Source: Candidatus Pelethomonas sp. (GTDB lineage Bacteria; Bacillota; Clostridia; Oscillospirales; Oscillospiraceae). From it: 64,000 nucleotides of DNA. Below are positions 26,466 to 36,562 of the stretch, piece by piece. The translations under genes were made by a program, and so were the position numbers. The stretch lies in NCBI GenBank assembly GCA_048404665.1, contig DBFJQM010000002.1:18845-82844 (forward strand), in the 5' to 3' direction. Under the pieces are notes generated by a model. That model made no database searches, was not told the origin of the DNA, and worked only from the letters and a program-made list of their open reading frames with translations. Numbering within the stretch: the stretch's first letter is position 1; each line of letters begins with the position of its first letter.

Positions 26466-26510
26466 AGAAAGGGAGCCCCGCCTGCGGCCGCAGGCGGGGC
26501 TCCCTTTCTT
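26466..26510. terminator. Intrinsic terminator downstream of rny
   Basis: GGGAGCCCCGCCTGC-ggcc-GCAGGCGGGGCTCCC flanked by AGAAA / TTTCTT. Confidence 0.7.
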
Positions 26511-26525
26511 GTATCAGCGGTAACG

Positions 26526-28082
26526 CTATTTGGCGTACTCCACGACCTTGGTCTCCCGGATCACGTGGACCTTGATCTGACCAGGGTACTCCAGCTCGTC
26601 CTCAATGCGCTTGGCCAGCTCCCGGGCCAGAATGACCATCTGGTCCTCGCTGATCTGCTCGGGCTTGACCATGACGCGGACCTCCCGGCCCGCCTGGATG
26701 GCATAGGACTTCTCCACGCCGGGGTAGGAGCCGGTGATCTCCTCCAGGCGCTCCAGGCGCTTGATGTAGTTCTCCAGATTCTCCCGCCGGGCGCCGGGCC
26801 GGGCGGCGGAGACCGCGTCGGCCGCCTGGACCAGGCAGGCCATCAGGGTCTTGCACTCCACGTCCCCGTGGTGGGCCTGGATGGCGTTGAGGATGTCGTC
26901 CCGCTCCCGGTACTTCTTGCAGAACTCCACGCCCAGGCTGACGTGAGTACCCTCGTACTCGTGGTCCAGGGCCTTGCCGATATCGTGGAGCAGGCCCGCC
27001 CGCTTGGCGGAATTCACGTCCAGGCCCATCTCCCCGGCCATCAGGCCGGCGATGTGGCTGACTTCGATGGAGTGCTGGAGCACGTTCTGGCCGTAGCTGG
27101 TGCGGTAGTGCAGACGGCCCAGCATCTTGATGACCTCGGGGTGGAGGCCCCGGACGCCGGTCTCAAAGGCGGCGCGCTCGCCCTCGCTCTTGATGACGGC
27201 GTCCACCTCCCGGCGGGCCTTCTCCACCATCTCCTCGATGTGGGTGGGATGGATGCGGCCGTCGGCAATGAGCTTCTCCAGGGCCACCCGGGCGATCTCC
27301 CGGCGCACCGGCTCGAAGCAGGACACGGTGATGGCCTCGGGGGTGTCGTCGATAATGAGGTCCACGCCGGTGAGGGTCTCGATGGTGCGGATGTTGCGGC
27401 CCTCCCGGCCGATGATGCGGCCCTTCATCTCGTCATTGGGCAGGGGAACCACACTGACGGTGATCTCGGAGGCGTGGTCCGCGGCGCAGCGCTGGATGGC
27501 GGTGGCCACGATCTCCCGGGCGCGCTGGTCCGCCTCCTCCTTGGCCCTGGCCTCGATCTCCTTGATCTTCAGGGCCGTCTCATGGGTCACCTCGGACTCC
27601 ACCTGGGAGATGAGGTAATTCTTTGCCTCCTCGGCGGTAAAGCCGGAGATCCGCTCCAGCATCTCAGTCTGCCCGCGCTTGATGGCCAGGATCTCCTCCT
27701 GCTCGCGGTCCGCCTGGGCGTGCTTTTGGTTCAGGGCTTCTTCTTTCTTCTCAATGTTCTCGGTCTTGCGGTCCAGATTCTCTTCCTTCTGCTGCAGGCG
27801 GCGCTCCTGCTTCTGCAGGTCCGCCCGGCGGCTCTTCTCTTCCTTCTCGTACTCACTACGGGAGCGCAGGATCTCCTCCTTGGCCTCCACCAGCGCCTCG
27901 CGCTTTTTGCTCTCGGAGCTCTTGATGGCCTCGTTGATGATGCGGCGCGCCTCCTCCTCGGCGCTGGAGATCTCCTTTTCGGAGACCGACTTGCGATAGT
28001 GATACCCGATAAGGAAGAACGCCACGGCAGACACCACGACGGCGATCGCGATCACCACGAAGTGAATGGGTCCAAATGGCAT
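26526..28082 (-). CDS. rny: Ribonuclease Y
   Basis: ORF 26526..28106, trimmed to [16 protein letters not shown] (ATG 28082) behind AGGAGG. N-terminal TM segment, coiled coil, KH domain (IGREGRNIR) and HD domain (LLHDIGKA). Confidence 0.95.
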   Translation of the reverse strand: MPFGPIHFVVIAIAVVVSAVAFFLIGYHYRKSVSEKEISSAEEEARRIINEAIKSSESKKREALVEAKEEILRSRSEYEKEEKSRRADLQKQERRLQQKEENLDRKTENIEKKEEALNQKHAQADREQEEILAIKRGQTEMLERISGFTAEEAKNYLISQVESEVTHETALKIKEIEARAKEEADQRAREIVATAIQRCAADHASEITVSVVPLPNDEMKGRIIGREGRNIRTIETLTGVDLIIDDTPEAITVSCFEPVRREIARVALEKLIADGRIHPTHIEEMVEKARREVDAVIKSEGERAAFETGVRGLHPEVIKMLGRLHYRTSYGQNVLQHSIEVSHIAGLMAGEMGLDVNSAKRAGLLHDIGKALDHEYEGTHVSLGVEFCKKYRERDDILNAIQAHHGDVECKTLMACLVQAADAVSAARPGARRENLENYIKRLERLEEITGSYPGVEKSYAIQAGREVRVMVKPEQISEDQMVILARELAKRIEDELEYPGQIKVHVIRETKVVEYAK

Positions 28083-28240
28083 TTCAGGTCTTCCTCCTAC
28101 TGACAATTGTTTGTATGGCTTGGGGTTTTTCGCCTGTCCCGGCGGTTTTCGCCGGGCATGGAAAAAACCGGCGCGGGCCCCTATCCCCCGCCGATACTGA
28201 TCTTACTTAATAATACTCGCTTTACCCGTCATCTGTCAAG

Positions 28241-28278
28241 AGAAAACCGACGGAAAAGTCCATCCCTTTTCCGCCGGT
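28241..28278 (-). terminator. Terminator downstream of the amidase gene
   Basis: Minus strand ACCGGCGGAAAA-loop-TTTTCCGTCGGT followed by TTTTCT. Confidence 0.5.
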
Positions 28279-28315
28279 TCGGTATTCTGGCCCTTTTCCC
28301 CTCGCTGGGAGACGG

Positions 28316-29053
28316 TCAGGAGATATAGCGGCTGGCGGCGTAGCCCACATAATCGCCGTAGCGCACCACGGACCAGGGCCCGGTCTGACCGTAGACCCGC
28401 ACCGCGGCCCCGTGGGGGATGCTGGCAATGACGGCGGCGTCCGTCTCCGGCCTGGCGCGGAGGTTCAGCGTCCCGCCGCCGGCACGGACGGTGCCCTCCC
28501 AGGGGTCCTCCGGCCAGATAAAGGGGAGGTCGAAGTAGTCGGTGAGGCTGATGACCAGGTTCCGGGCGATCTCCGTGACGTTGGATTCGATCCATCGGGC
28601 GTCCTTCTCGTTGTCGTGGTAGCCGATCTCCAGCAGCACCGCCGGGAACCGGGAGTCCCGCACCTCCCCCAGGCTGGTGGTGGAGCGGGTGGTCACCTGA
28701 TTGGGCAGGGGATAGATGTCCTTCAGGTTGTTGGCAAAGATCTGGGCGGCCCGCTGGCCCTGGCTGCTGGTGGGGTAGTAAAAGGCGATGATGCCCCGGT
28801 TCCGCCCCTCGTTCCCGGCGCCGGAGGCGTTGGAGTGGATGGCCAGGTAGAAGTCGTACCAGCCGGCGTTGGCCTGGCGGATGGAGCTGCCGGCGGTCAT
28901 CTCCGGGGTGTTGCGGGTGTAGCGGATGCCGGAGCTGTTGAGATAGGGGATCATGGCGTCGGCGATGCGGTTCATCCAGTACTCCTCGCTGCCGCTGCCG
29001 GTGATGTAGGGGTTGGATTCCTGGGTGGACGGGCTGAGATAGATGATGGGCAT
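28316..29053 (-). CDS. N-acetylmuramoyl-L-alanine amidase (Amidase_3) with C-terminal SH3-like domain
   Basis: ORF 28316..29128, trimmed to MPIIYLSPSTQESNPY (ATG 29053) behind AAGGAGG. Contains ...AIHSNA... and ...LLEIGYHDN.... Confidence 0.85.
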   Translation of the reverse strand: MPIIYLSPSTQESNPYITGSGSEEYWMNRIADAMIPYLNSSGIRYTRNTPEMTAGSSIRQANAGWYDFYLAIHSNASGAGNEGRNRGIIAFYYPTSSQGQRAAQIFANNLKDIYPLPNQVTTRSTTSLGEVRDSRFPAVLLEIGYHDNEKDARWIESNVTEIARNLVISLTDYFDLPFIWPEDPWEGTVRAGGGTLNLRARPETDAAVIASIPHGAAVRVYGQTGPWSVVRYGDYVGYAASRYIS

Positions 29054-29178
29054 GGTTGGACCTCCTTTTCCTTTGCCCCAGTGTATGCAAAAGGAGGCGC
29101 AGGGGGTACGCGCAAAGGCCCGCCGCACGGGAGCGCTCCCGGCGGCGGGCCTTCATTCATCGCAGGTGATAGCAGGAC

Positions 29179-30603
29179 TTACAGGTTGAAATACCGCTCG
29201 AACTCAGCGGGATGGGGGATGGCGGACATCTGGCTGCACTCCTTGCGCTTGGTGTCGATCAGGTTGCGGATCAGATGCTCCGGGAACACGCCGCCGGCGG
29301 TGAGGTAGTCGTGGTCGGCCTCCAGGGCGTCCAGGGCGGCCTCCAGGGTGGTGGGCAGACCCTGGAGCTTGGCCTTCTCCTCGTCGGACAGGGTGTACAG
29401 GTTGAAGTCGTAGGGGCCCCAGCCGTTGGCGTGGGGGTCGATGCGGTTCTTGATACCGTCCAGGCCGGCCATCAGGATGGCGGCATAGCACAGATAGGGG
29501 TTGCAGGTGCCGTCGGGGGTGCGCAGCTCAAAGCGGCGCAGATTGGGGGTCTTGGCGTAGGCGGGGATACGGATCACCGCGCTGCGGTTGGAGGTGGCGT
29601 AGCCCACAGTGACCGGCGCCTCGAAGCCGGGGACCAGCCGCTTGAAGGAGTTGGTGCTGGGGTTGGTGATGGCGCACAGGGAGGCGATGTGCTTGAGCAG
29701 ACCGCCCATGAAGAAGTGGGCCGTCTCGCTGAGGTGGGAGTAGCCGTTGTCGTCGGAGAACACCGGCTGGCCGTCCTTCATCAGCAGGACGTGGACGTGC
29801 ATGCTGCTGCCCGCCTCGCCGTAGACCGGCTTGGGCATGAAGGTGGCCACCATGCCGTGCTTCATGGCCACATTGTGGATGATGTACTTGATCATCATGG
29901 CGTTGTCCGCCATCTTGGACATCTGCCCCAGCTTAGGCTCGATCTCGAACTGGCCGGAGGCGCCCACCTCGGGGTGGTGGTACTTCACGGCGATGCCCAT
30001 TTTCTCCATTTCCAGGCACATCTCACTGCGGCACTCGTAGGTCTTGTCCAGAGGCTTGGCCACATGGTAGGCCTTCTGGTTGGGCACCACGCAGCCCAGG
30101 CCCTCAGCCCCGCTGTTCCAGTGGGCCTGTCTGGCGTCCAGAGTCATGCCGATGCTGTTGGGCTGGACCTCCCAGCCCACCTGGTCGAACAGGTAGAACT
30201 CAAACTCCGGCAGCACCAGCATGGTGTCCGCGATGCCGGAATCGCGCATATACTGCTCCGCGGCCAGGACGATATTCCGGGGGTACTGACTCAGGGGGTG
30301 GTTCTCCGGGTAGCCGATGACCATGGCGTTGCCCGTCATCGACAGGGTGGGGACGTCGCAGAAGGGGTCCACCACGGCGGTGTCGGGGTCGGGGATAAAG
30401 ACCATATCGCTCTTCTCCACCACGGCGTAGCCGTAGTTGGACGCGTCGAAGCCGATGCCGTCCGTCATGGTCTCCTCAGAGAAGTTCCTGGCGGGGATCG
30501 TCACATGGCGGAACTGCCCGCTGACGTCCACCATCTTGAAATCCACCATCTGGATATTCTGCTCCCGAATCATCTCCAGAATATCCTGCACTGACCTGCT
30601 CAT
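29179..30603 (-). CDS. glnA: Glutamine synthetase, type I
   Basis: ORF 29179..30681, trimmed to MSRSVQDILEMIREQNIQMVDFKMVD (ATG 30603) behind AGGAGG. Contains KPVYGEAGSSMHVH, NPSTNSFKRLVPGFEAP and ASNRSAVIRIP. Confidence 0.95.
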   Translation of the reverse strand: MSRSVQDILEMIREQNIQMVDFKMVDVSGQFRHVTIPARNFSEETMTDGIGFDASNYGYAVVEKSDMVFIPDPDTAVVDPFCDVPTLSMTGNAMVIGYPENHPLSQYPRNIVLAAEQYMRDSGIADTMLVLPEFEFYLFDQVGWEVQPNSIGMTLDARQAHWNSGAEGLGCVVPNQKAYHVAKPLDKTYECRSEMCLEMEKMGIAVKYHHPEVGASGQFEIEPKLGQMSKMADNAMMIKYIIHNVAMKHGMVATFMPKPVYGEAGSSMHVHVLLMKDGQPVFSDDNGYSHLSETAHFFMGGLLKHIASLCAITNPSTNSFKRLVPGFEAPVTVGYATSNRSAVIRIPAYAKTPNLRRFELRTPDGTCNPYLCYAAILMAGLDGIKNRIDPHANGWGPYDFNLYTLSDEEKAKLQGLPTTLEAALDALEADHDYLTAGGVFPEHLIRNLIDTKRKECSQMSAIPHPAEFERYFNL

Positions 30604-30784
30604 GTTATTGTTCCTCCTGTACTCATATTTCTGTTTGTGATCTGGCACGCGGTCCTGTCCAGCAAAAAAATTGCCGGGCATGAATTACATGTCCGGACAG
30701 CAGAAAGCCGCGCGCTTCCAGAGATCAAAGACCACGCAGCTTGTCTGATATAAACGAATTTATCCGTACATTTCATCTACCGCT

Positions 30785-30814
30785 ATTATATTAGAGAACG
30801 GCCTCCATTTTCAA
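30785..30814 (-). promoter_or_regulatory. Putative glnA promoter (leader about 175 nt)
   Basis: Minus strand TTGAAA, 18 nt, TATAAT. Confidence 0.4.
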
Positions 30815-30952
30815 TGGTAGAATCTTATGAAGAATTGGCCGCCGTATTTGTCTACTTTGCACAAAGTCAGAGGCATCTGCGGCAAAACGGGGCGGAAAAG
30901 GCCCGCCGCCGGGGTGAACCCGGCGGCGGGCCTTGGTCTAAGGCACCGGCGG

Positions 30953-33004
30953 TCAGAGCTGCGCTGTCCGCTCCCGTTTCGCGGCGAGATAGTCCCAGAG
31001 GCACACGCCGCCCACCAGCGCCAGCCCTACCACATCGGAGGCCGCGCCGGGGATCATCATGCCCAGGCCGCCCACGATGCACAGAGCCCTGCCCCACCGC
31101 TTCATGGGCCGGAACACGTAGCCGCCCAGGCCGGCGGCAATGCCGAAGATGCCCAGCAGGGCGGTGACGACGATCAGGATCACCTCGTACCACACGGTAT
31201 CCACCAGGAGCATGGCGGGGTCCATGGCAAAAATGTAGGGCACTACAAAGGCGGCGATGGCCAGGCGGGTGGCGTTGACGCCGGTCCGCATGGGGTCCGC
31301 CTTGGCGATGGCGGACCCGGCGTAGGCCGCCAGGGCCACCGGCGGCGTGATGTCCGCCACGATGCCGAAGTAGAACACGAAGAAGTGGGCCGCCATGCGG
31401 CTGATGCCCAGCTCAATGAGGATAGGGGCGCAGGTGGAGGCCATGATGCAGTAGTTGGCGGTGGTGGGCACGCCCATGCCCAGCACGATGCAGCACAGCA
31501 TGGTCAGAAACAGGGCAATGAGCATGGCCAGCGACGGAATGGGGATCAAGCTGCTGATGTTCACCACCGCGCTGACCAACCGGGAGGCCAGGCCGGTGAC
31601 GGTGATGCAGCCGGCCACCATGCCGGCCATGGAGCAGGCCACCGCCACGGTGATGCAGTCCCGCCCGCCGGCGTCCAGGGCGCTGAGGATGGTTTTGCCG
31701 GTCTGCCTGGCGGCGGCCAGCAGCGTCCCCCTGCCGCTGCCGCACCGGCAGGAGCGCACCGTCCCCGGCAGGCTCACCAGGATGGCCGCCACGATGGCTA
31801 CGGAGGCGGAAAACTGGAGGGAGCGGGTGTTGGTGGACACCATCCACACCAGCAGGACCAGGGGCGCCAGCAGGTAGATGCTGCGCAGCAGCAGCCTCAG
31901 CTTAGGCAACTGCTCCCGGGGGACGCCCCGGAGGTCCAGCCGCTTCGCCTCCAGGTGGACGGAGAGGAAGATGCCGGTAAAGTACAGCACGGCGGGCAGA
32001 ATGGCCCGCAGGGCCACCTCGCCGTAGGTGACATCCATGTACTCCGCCATCAGGAAGGCGGCGGCCCCCATGATGGGGGGCATGATCTGGCCGCCGGTGG
32101 AGGCGGCGGCCTCCACCGCCCCGGCGAACTCCCCCGGGTAGCCGGTCTTTTTCATCATGGGGATGGTGACGGAGCCGGTGGTCACGGTGTTGCCCACGGA
32201 GGAGCCGGACACCATGCCGCACAGAGCGGAGGAGATGACGGCCACCTTGGCGGGGCCGCCGGAGGAGCTGCCCGCGATGGAGTTTGCCAGGTCGATGAAA
32301 AAGCCGGAGATGCCGGTGCGCTCCAAAAACGCACCGAAGATGATGAACACGGCGATGAACTTGGCGCACACCTGCACCGGGGTGGCCAGCACGCCGGAGG
32401 TGCCGAAGAACAGGGTGTAGATGATGCGGTAGACGGCCATCTGCCAGTTCTCCAGCCCCTGGCTCCGGACGCCGTATAGGACCGTGTACACCAGCAGGAC
32501 GCCTACCACGCACAAAATGGGGATGCCCACGCACCGGCGGCACAGCTCCGCCAGGCACAGGATGCCCACCACCCCCAGAATCGCGTAGAAGGGCGTCATC
32601 TTGGAGGCGCTGGTGATGGTCTTGACGATGGTCATGTAGTGGAAGCAGTAGAAAAAGAAGGCCCCGGCCCCCAGGGCCATGAGGACCGCGTCGTACCAGG
32701 GCATGGCGTTGGGCCTCACGTGGCGGGGACTGGCGGGGTAGGTCAGATAGCCCATGACAATGATAAGGCCCAGGAAGGCGCTCAGCCGCACCGGCAGGTC
32801 CGCCGTGCTGAACAGGGTGGACCAGATGCAGTACAGGGAGAACACGGCCATGACGCAGCGCACCACGGCCCGGGGCTTCCCCTCCCAGACCCGGGTGGCG
32901 GATTCCCGGTCGTACTTGCGCATGACCTCCTCCATGGAGCCTTCGGCCCCTGCCTGGGTCACGGCGGCGTTCGTGTCGTTCCTGGTTTTCTCGTTATGCG
33001 GCAT
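30953..33004 (-). CDS. TRAP transporter fused permease (TAXI-type large membrane subunit)
   Basis: 689-aa ORF with more than 15 hydrophobic segments. Start taken as MPHNEK (ATG 33004); ATG 33022 is also possible. Confidence 0.9.
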   Translation of the reverse strand: MPHNEKTRNDTNAAVTQAGAEGSMEEVMRKYDRESATRVWEGKPRAVVRCVMAVFSLYCIWSTLFSTADLPVRLSAFLGLIIVMGYLTYPASPRHVRPNAMPWYDAVLMALGAGAFFFYCFHYMTIVKTITSASKMTPFYAILGVVGILCLAELCRRCVGIPILCVVGVLLVYTVLYGVRSQGLENWQMAVYRIIYTLFFGTSGVLATPVQVCAKFIAVFIIFGAFLERTGISGFFIDLANSIAGSSSGGPAKVAVISSALCGMVSGSSVGNTVTTGSVTIPMMKKTGYPGEFAGAVEAAASTGGQIMPPIMGAAAFLMAEYMDVTYGEVALRAILPAVLYFTGIFLSVHLEAKRLDLRGVPREQLPKLRLLLRSIYLLAPLVLLVWMVSTNTRSLQFSASVAIVAAILVSLPGTVRSCRCGSGRGTLLAAARQTGKTILSALDAGGRDCITVAVACSMAGMVAGCITVTGLASRLVSAVVNISSLIPIPSLAMLIALFLTMLCCIVLGMGVPTTANYCIMASTCAPILIELGISRMAAHFFVFYFGIVADITPPVALAAYAGSAIAKADPMRTGVNATRLAIAAFVVPYIFAMDPAMLLVDTVWYEVILIVVTALLGIFGIAAGLGGYVFRPMKRWGRALCIVGGLGMMIPGAASDVVGLALVGGVCLWDYLAAKRERTAQL

Positions 33005-33099
33005 TGATTCGATTACCTCCATTCTCAGCGGTCGTCCGCGCCGCCGGGCGGGGGCTGCGGACCTTTGCCGCGGCCCCCGCCGTCAGGCTCCGGGGGATG

Positions 33100-34089
33100 T
33101 CAATAGGTGCCAGCGGGGATGGTGTAGGCGCTGTAGTAGGGGGAGGCCGCCAGCAGGCTGCCCACGTGCTCACGGTCCAGGCCCACCAGGTAGACGCTGC
33201 CGGCGGTGGCCAGGTCCACGATGGCGTTGGTGGGGGCCCCAGCCACAATGAAGGCGGCGTCGATCTTGCCGTCCTTCAGGCTGTCGGCGCTGTCGCCGAA
33301 GCTCTGGAACACGGGCTTGATGTCCTCCTCATTAAGGCCGTAGGCGCCCAGCACGTCGATGGCGTTGAAGTACACGCCGGAGCCGGAGGCGCCGATGGAG
33401 ACCTTCTTGCCCTTCAGGTCGGCCACGGACTTGATGTCCGGGTCGGTGGTGACGATCTGGACCTGCTCCATGTACAGGGCGGCCACCACGGAGAAGCCCT
33501 CCACAGGGCTGTCAAAGAGGCGCTCGCCGTTATAGGCGTAGCTCATGACGTCGGACTGGACGAAGGCCAGCTGCACGCTGCCGGAGGCGATGTCCTCGAT
33601 ATTGGCCTTGGAGCCGTCGGAGGTGACGGCGGTGACGGAGAGATCGGTGTTGTTGGACACATAGCTGGCCAGCACGCCGCCGAAGCCGTAGTAGGTGCCG
33701 GTGTCCCCGCCGGTGCCGAAGGTCATCGCCTTGGAGGTCCCCTCCCCCGCGCCGTCCTTCACGGCGGCCACGGAGACGCCCTTCTCCTCAAAGTACCTGG
33801 CCGCGCCGGGGTGATAGGGCACGGAGGTGACGGATGCGGCAAAGGTCAGGTCCAGCTCCGCGCCCTTGTTGTGCAGGGAAGTGATGGTCTCCATGTTGTC
33901 AAAGATGGTGGAAACGAAGGTATACACGTCCTCCTCCGGAACGTCGTCCCGGGCGATGACTACCGCCCCCACCGCCACGGTGTCCGTGTCCACAGGCGCA
34001 GGGGCGGCCCCGCCGTCCGTACCGCCGCCGCAGGCCGCCAGGGCCAGGGTCATCGCCAAAACCAAAAGCATCGCAAAAAACTTCTTCAT
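33100..34089 (-). CDS. TAXI-family TRAP transporter solute-binding lipoprotein
   Basis: ORF 33100..34146, trimmed to MKKFFAMLLVLAMTLALAACGG (lipobox, ATG 34089) behind AAGGAGAG. Contains a TAXI-like motif ...GTGGDTGTYYGFGG.... Confidence 0.9.
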   Translation of the reverse strand: MKKFFAMLLVLAMTLALAACGGGTDGGAAPAPVDTDTVAVGAVVIARDDVPEEDVYTFVSTIFDNMETITSLHNKGAELDLTFAASVTSVPYHPGAARYFEEKGVSVAAVKDGAGEGTSKAMTFGTGGDTGTYYGFGGVLASYVSNNTDLSVTAVTSDGSKANIEDIASGSVQLAFVQSDVMSYAYNGERLFDSPVEGFSVVAALYMEQVQIVTTDPDIKSVADLKGKKVSIGASGSGVYFNAIDVLGAYGLNEEDIKPVFQSFGDSADSLKDGKIDAAFIVAGAPTNAIVDLATAGSVYLVGLDREHVGSLLAASPYYSAYTIPAGTY

Positions 34090-34427
34090 AGCCGTGCTCT
34101 CCTTTTCTCCAATCCGTTTCAGCTGCCTCGCAGCTGTGTTGTGCATTTATCATACACGATACTTGCATCTATTGCAAGAACATTTCCTATATTTCTGCAT
34201 TTTATTTTCCGGCGGTTCTTGGTGGTTTTGACTAACATATTCATTATTTCTTGAATTATTCGCAATTTTCCCTGATTTTTCATTGATTTATGCAGAAAGT
34301 CCATGCCGCAGGTTTTGCCGGGCCGTCCTGCATTTTTGGCAGGCTTTCTCCTTCTTCTCTCCTTTTCTGCAAGTTCTAATTCAGATTTATTCATTTTCAG
34401 GAATCCGCCGCCCGGTCGGGAGCGCAG

Positions 34428-34459
34428 AAAGAGGCCCCGCCGTCAGGCGGGGCCTCTTT
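34428..34459. terminator. Intrinsic terminator downstream of thrS
   Basis: AAAGAGGCCCCGCC-gtca-GGCGGGGCCTCTTT. Confidence 0.75.
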
Positions 34460-34492
34460 GCACGTACAATGTCGCTCTTTTGGGGAGCGCGC

Positions 34493-36253
34493 TCACTTCA
34501 TGGACTTGGTGTCCACGACTTCCTTCAGCATGGCGGCAAACTCGTCCATGGACATGGCGCCCAGGTCCTCGCCGCTGCGGTGGCGGATGGAGACCGTCTG
34601 GTTCTCCATATCCCGGTCGCCCACCACCAGCATGTAGGGGATCTTCTCCAGGGTGGCCTCACGGATCTTCTTGCCGATCTTCTCGTTGCGGCCGTCCACT
34701 TCCACGCGGAAGCCCTGGGCGTCCAGCTTGGCGGCGATGTCCTTGGCGTACTCCGCCGCCCGGTCGGTGACGGGCAGGACCTTCACCTGCACCGGACTCA
34801 GCCAGGTGGGGAACGCGCCGGCGAAGTGCTCGGTAATGACGCCGATGAACCGCTCGATGGAGCCCAGCAGGGCGCGGTGGATCATAACCGGGCGGTGCTT
34901 CTCGCCGTCCTCGCCCACGTACTCCAGCTCAAACCGCTCGGGCATCTGGAAGTCCAGCTGGATGGTGCCGCACTGCCAGGTCCGGCCCAGGGAGTCGGAC
35001 AGGTGGAAGTCCAGCTTGGGGCCGTAGAACGCACCGTCCCCGGCGTTGATGACGAAGGGCTTGCCCATCTCCTCCATGGCGGCCTGGAGGGTGCTCTCCG
35101 CGAAGTGCCAGACCTCCTCGTCGCCCATGTGGTCCTCGGGCATGGTGCTCAGCTCGATCTGGTAGGTCAGGCCGAAGGTGGAGTACATCTCGTCAAAGAG
35201 CTTCACCACGTTCTTGATCTCGTCCTTCATCTGCTCCGGGGTCATGAAGATGTGGGCGTCGTCCTGGGTGAAGCACCGCACACGGAACAAACCGTGGAGC
35301 GCGCCGCTCATCTCATGGCGGTGGACCAGGCCCAGCTCCGCCATGCGCAGGGGCAGGTCGCGGTAGGAGTGGGGCTCGTTTTTATATACCAGCATCCCGC
35401 CGGGGCAGTTCATGGGCTTGACCGCGTAGTCCTCGCCGTCGATGACGGTGGTATACATGTTGTCCTTGTAGTGGTCCCAGTGGCCGGACTGGTGCCACAG
35501 GTGCTGGTTGAGGATGATGGGGGTGGAGATCTCCACATAGCCGTAGCGCTTGTGGCACTCCCGCCAGTACTCCAGCAGGGTGTTTCTCAGCACCATGCCC
35601 TTGGGCAGGAAGAAGGGGAATCCCGGGCCCTCGTCGCTCATCATGAACAGGCCCAGCTCCTTGCCCAGCTTGCGGTGGTCCCGCTTCTTGGCCTCCTCGA
35701 TGCGCTCCAGGTACTCGTCCAGCTCCTCCTTCTTGGGGAAGGCCACGCCGTAGATGCGCTGGAGGGTCTGACGGCTGCTGTCGCCCCGCCAGTAGGCGGC
35801 GTTGCAGGCGGTGAGCTTGATGGCGTTGCCCTTGATGCGGCCGGTGGAGTCCAGGTGGGGACCGGCGCACAGGTCGGTGAACTCGCCCTGCTTGTAGAAG
35901 GAGATGACCGCGTCCTCGGGGAGGTCGTTGATAAGCTCCACCTTGTAGGGCTCGCCCTTCTCCTCCATGAACTTCACGGCCTCCTCCCGGGGCAGCTCGA
36001 ACCGCTCCAGCTTCAGCTTCTCCTTGCAGATCTTCCGCATCTCCGCCTCCAGCTCACTGAGCTGGTCCTCGGTGAAGGGCTCGGGGGTGTCGAAATCGTA
36101 GTAGAAGCCGTTTTCGATGCTGGGGCCGATGGCCAGCTTCACCTCCGGGTGCAGGCGCTTCATGGCCTGGGCCAGGACGTGGGAGCAGGTGTGCCAGTAG
36201 GTGCGGCGGTACTGCTCGTTTTCAAAGGTATACTGGTTGTTTTCTTCGGACAT
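34493..36253 (-). CDS. thrS: Threonine--tRNA ligase (short form without N-terminal TGS domain)
   Basis: ORF 34493..36286, trimmed to MSEENNQYTF (ATG 36253) behind GGAGG. Editing-domain HTCSH motif near the N-terminus, class II core, anticodon-binding domain. Confidence 0.95.
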   Translation of the reverse strand: MSEENNQYTFENEQYRRTYWHTCSHVLAQAMKRLHPEVKLAIGPSIENGFYYDFDTPEPFTEDQLSELEAEMRKICKEKLKLERFELPREEAVKFMEEKGEPYKVELINDLPEDAVISFYKQGEFTDLCAGPHLDSTGRIKGNAIKLTACNAAYWRGDSSRQTLQRIYGVAFPKKEELDEYLERIEEAKKRDHRKLGKELGLFMMSDEGPGFPFFLPKGMVLRNTLLEYWRECHKRYGYVEISTPIILNQHLWHQSGHWDHYKDNMYTTVIDGEDYAVKPMNCPGGMLVYKNEPHSYRDLPLRMAELGLVHRHEMSGALHGLFRVRCFTQDDAHIFMTPEQMKDEIKNVVKLFDEMYSTFGLTYQIELSTMPEDHMGDEEVWHFAESTLQAAMEEMGKPFVINAGDGAFYGPKLDFHLSDSLGRTWQCGTIQLDFQMPERFELEYVGEDGEKHRPVMIHRALLGSIERFIGVITEHFAGAFPTWLSPVQVKVLPVTDRAAEYAKDIAAKLDAQGFRVEVDGRNEKIGKKIREATLEKIPYMLVVGDRDMENQTVSIRHRSGEDLGAMSMDEFAAMLKEVVDTKSMK

Positions 36254-36282
36254 GACAAAAGCCTCCATTCGTTCGTCTCGGG

Positions 36283-36543
36283 GCAAAGAAAAAGCGCTTC
36301 ACCCCTGATTGATGGTCAGGGGTGAGGCGCGAAGATACGTCCCACGGTTCCACCCTGCTTGCGTCCACAGGACGCCGCTTTGTGAGCGCTGTAACGGGCG
36401 CTTTCCCGTCCCGGTCGTCCCGGGCGGCTCGGGAGTGGTACAGCCGCCGCCTGCCGCAGGGCCCTTGCACCATACAGGCCCCTCTCTGCGCGGCGCTATG
36501 CGGTTTCTTCTCCGTCAAAGCCGTTTTGTTAGAGCTAAGTCTA
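36283..36543 (-). promoter_or_regulatory. T-box leader (threonine) with promoter and terminator/antiterminator
   Basis: Minus strand: TTGACA-17-TAGACT (36538-36566), candidate specifier ACC followed by A (36437-36439), and the T-box sequence AGGGTGGAACCGTGGGA (36341-36357). The terminator is GCGCCTCACCCCTGA-loop-TCAGGGGTGAAGCGC + TTTTTCTTT (36286-36330). Confidence 0.85.
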
Positions 36544-36562
36544 CCACCGGCGGACGAAAATG

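Noticed and set aside
30680-30705. Possible GlnR/TnrA box in the glnA leader (palindrome TGTCCGGACA and nearby TGTAATTCA).
   Set aside because: It does not fit TGTNAN7TNACA in any register. It is only a short GC palindrome.
29115-30935. Similar GC-rich terminator stems flanking glnA (AAGGCCCGCCGC...GCGGCGGGCCTT at 29115-29153 and about 30899-30935).
   Set aside because: The similarity is confined to 12-nt low-complexity GC arms of the kind seen in many terminators here (compare the thrS terminator). Loops and flanks differ, unlike the rhamnose-island repeats.
34171-34190. Sigma-54-like element on the minus strand (AGGAAATGTTCTTGCA, GG-N10-GC with a perfect TTGCA) upstream of the TAXI-TRAP operon.
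   Set aside because: The -24 half deviates from TGGCAC. The TTGCA is one arm of a simple palindrome (CTTGCA...TGCAAG). No enhancer-binding protein is in the window, so the call is too weak.
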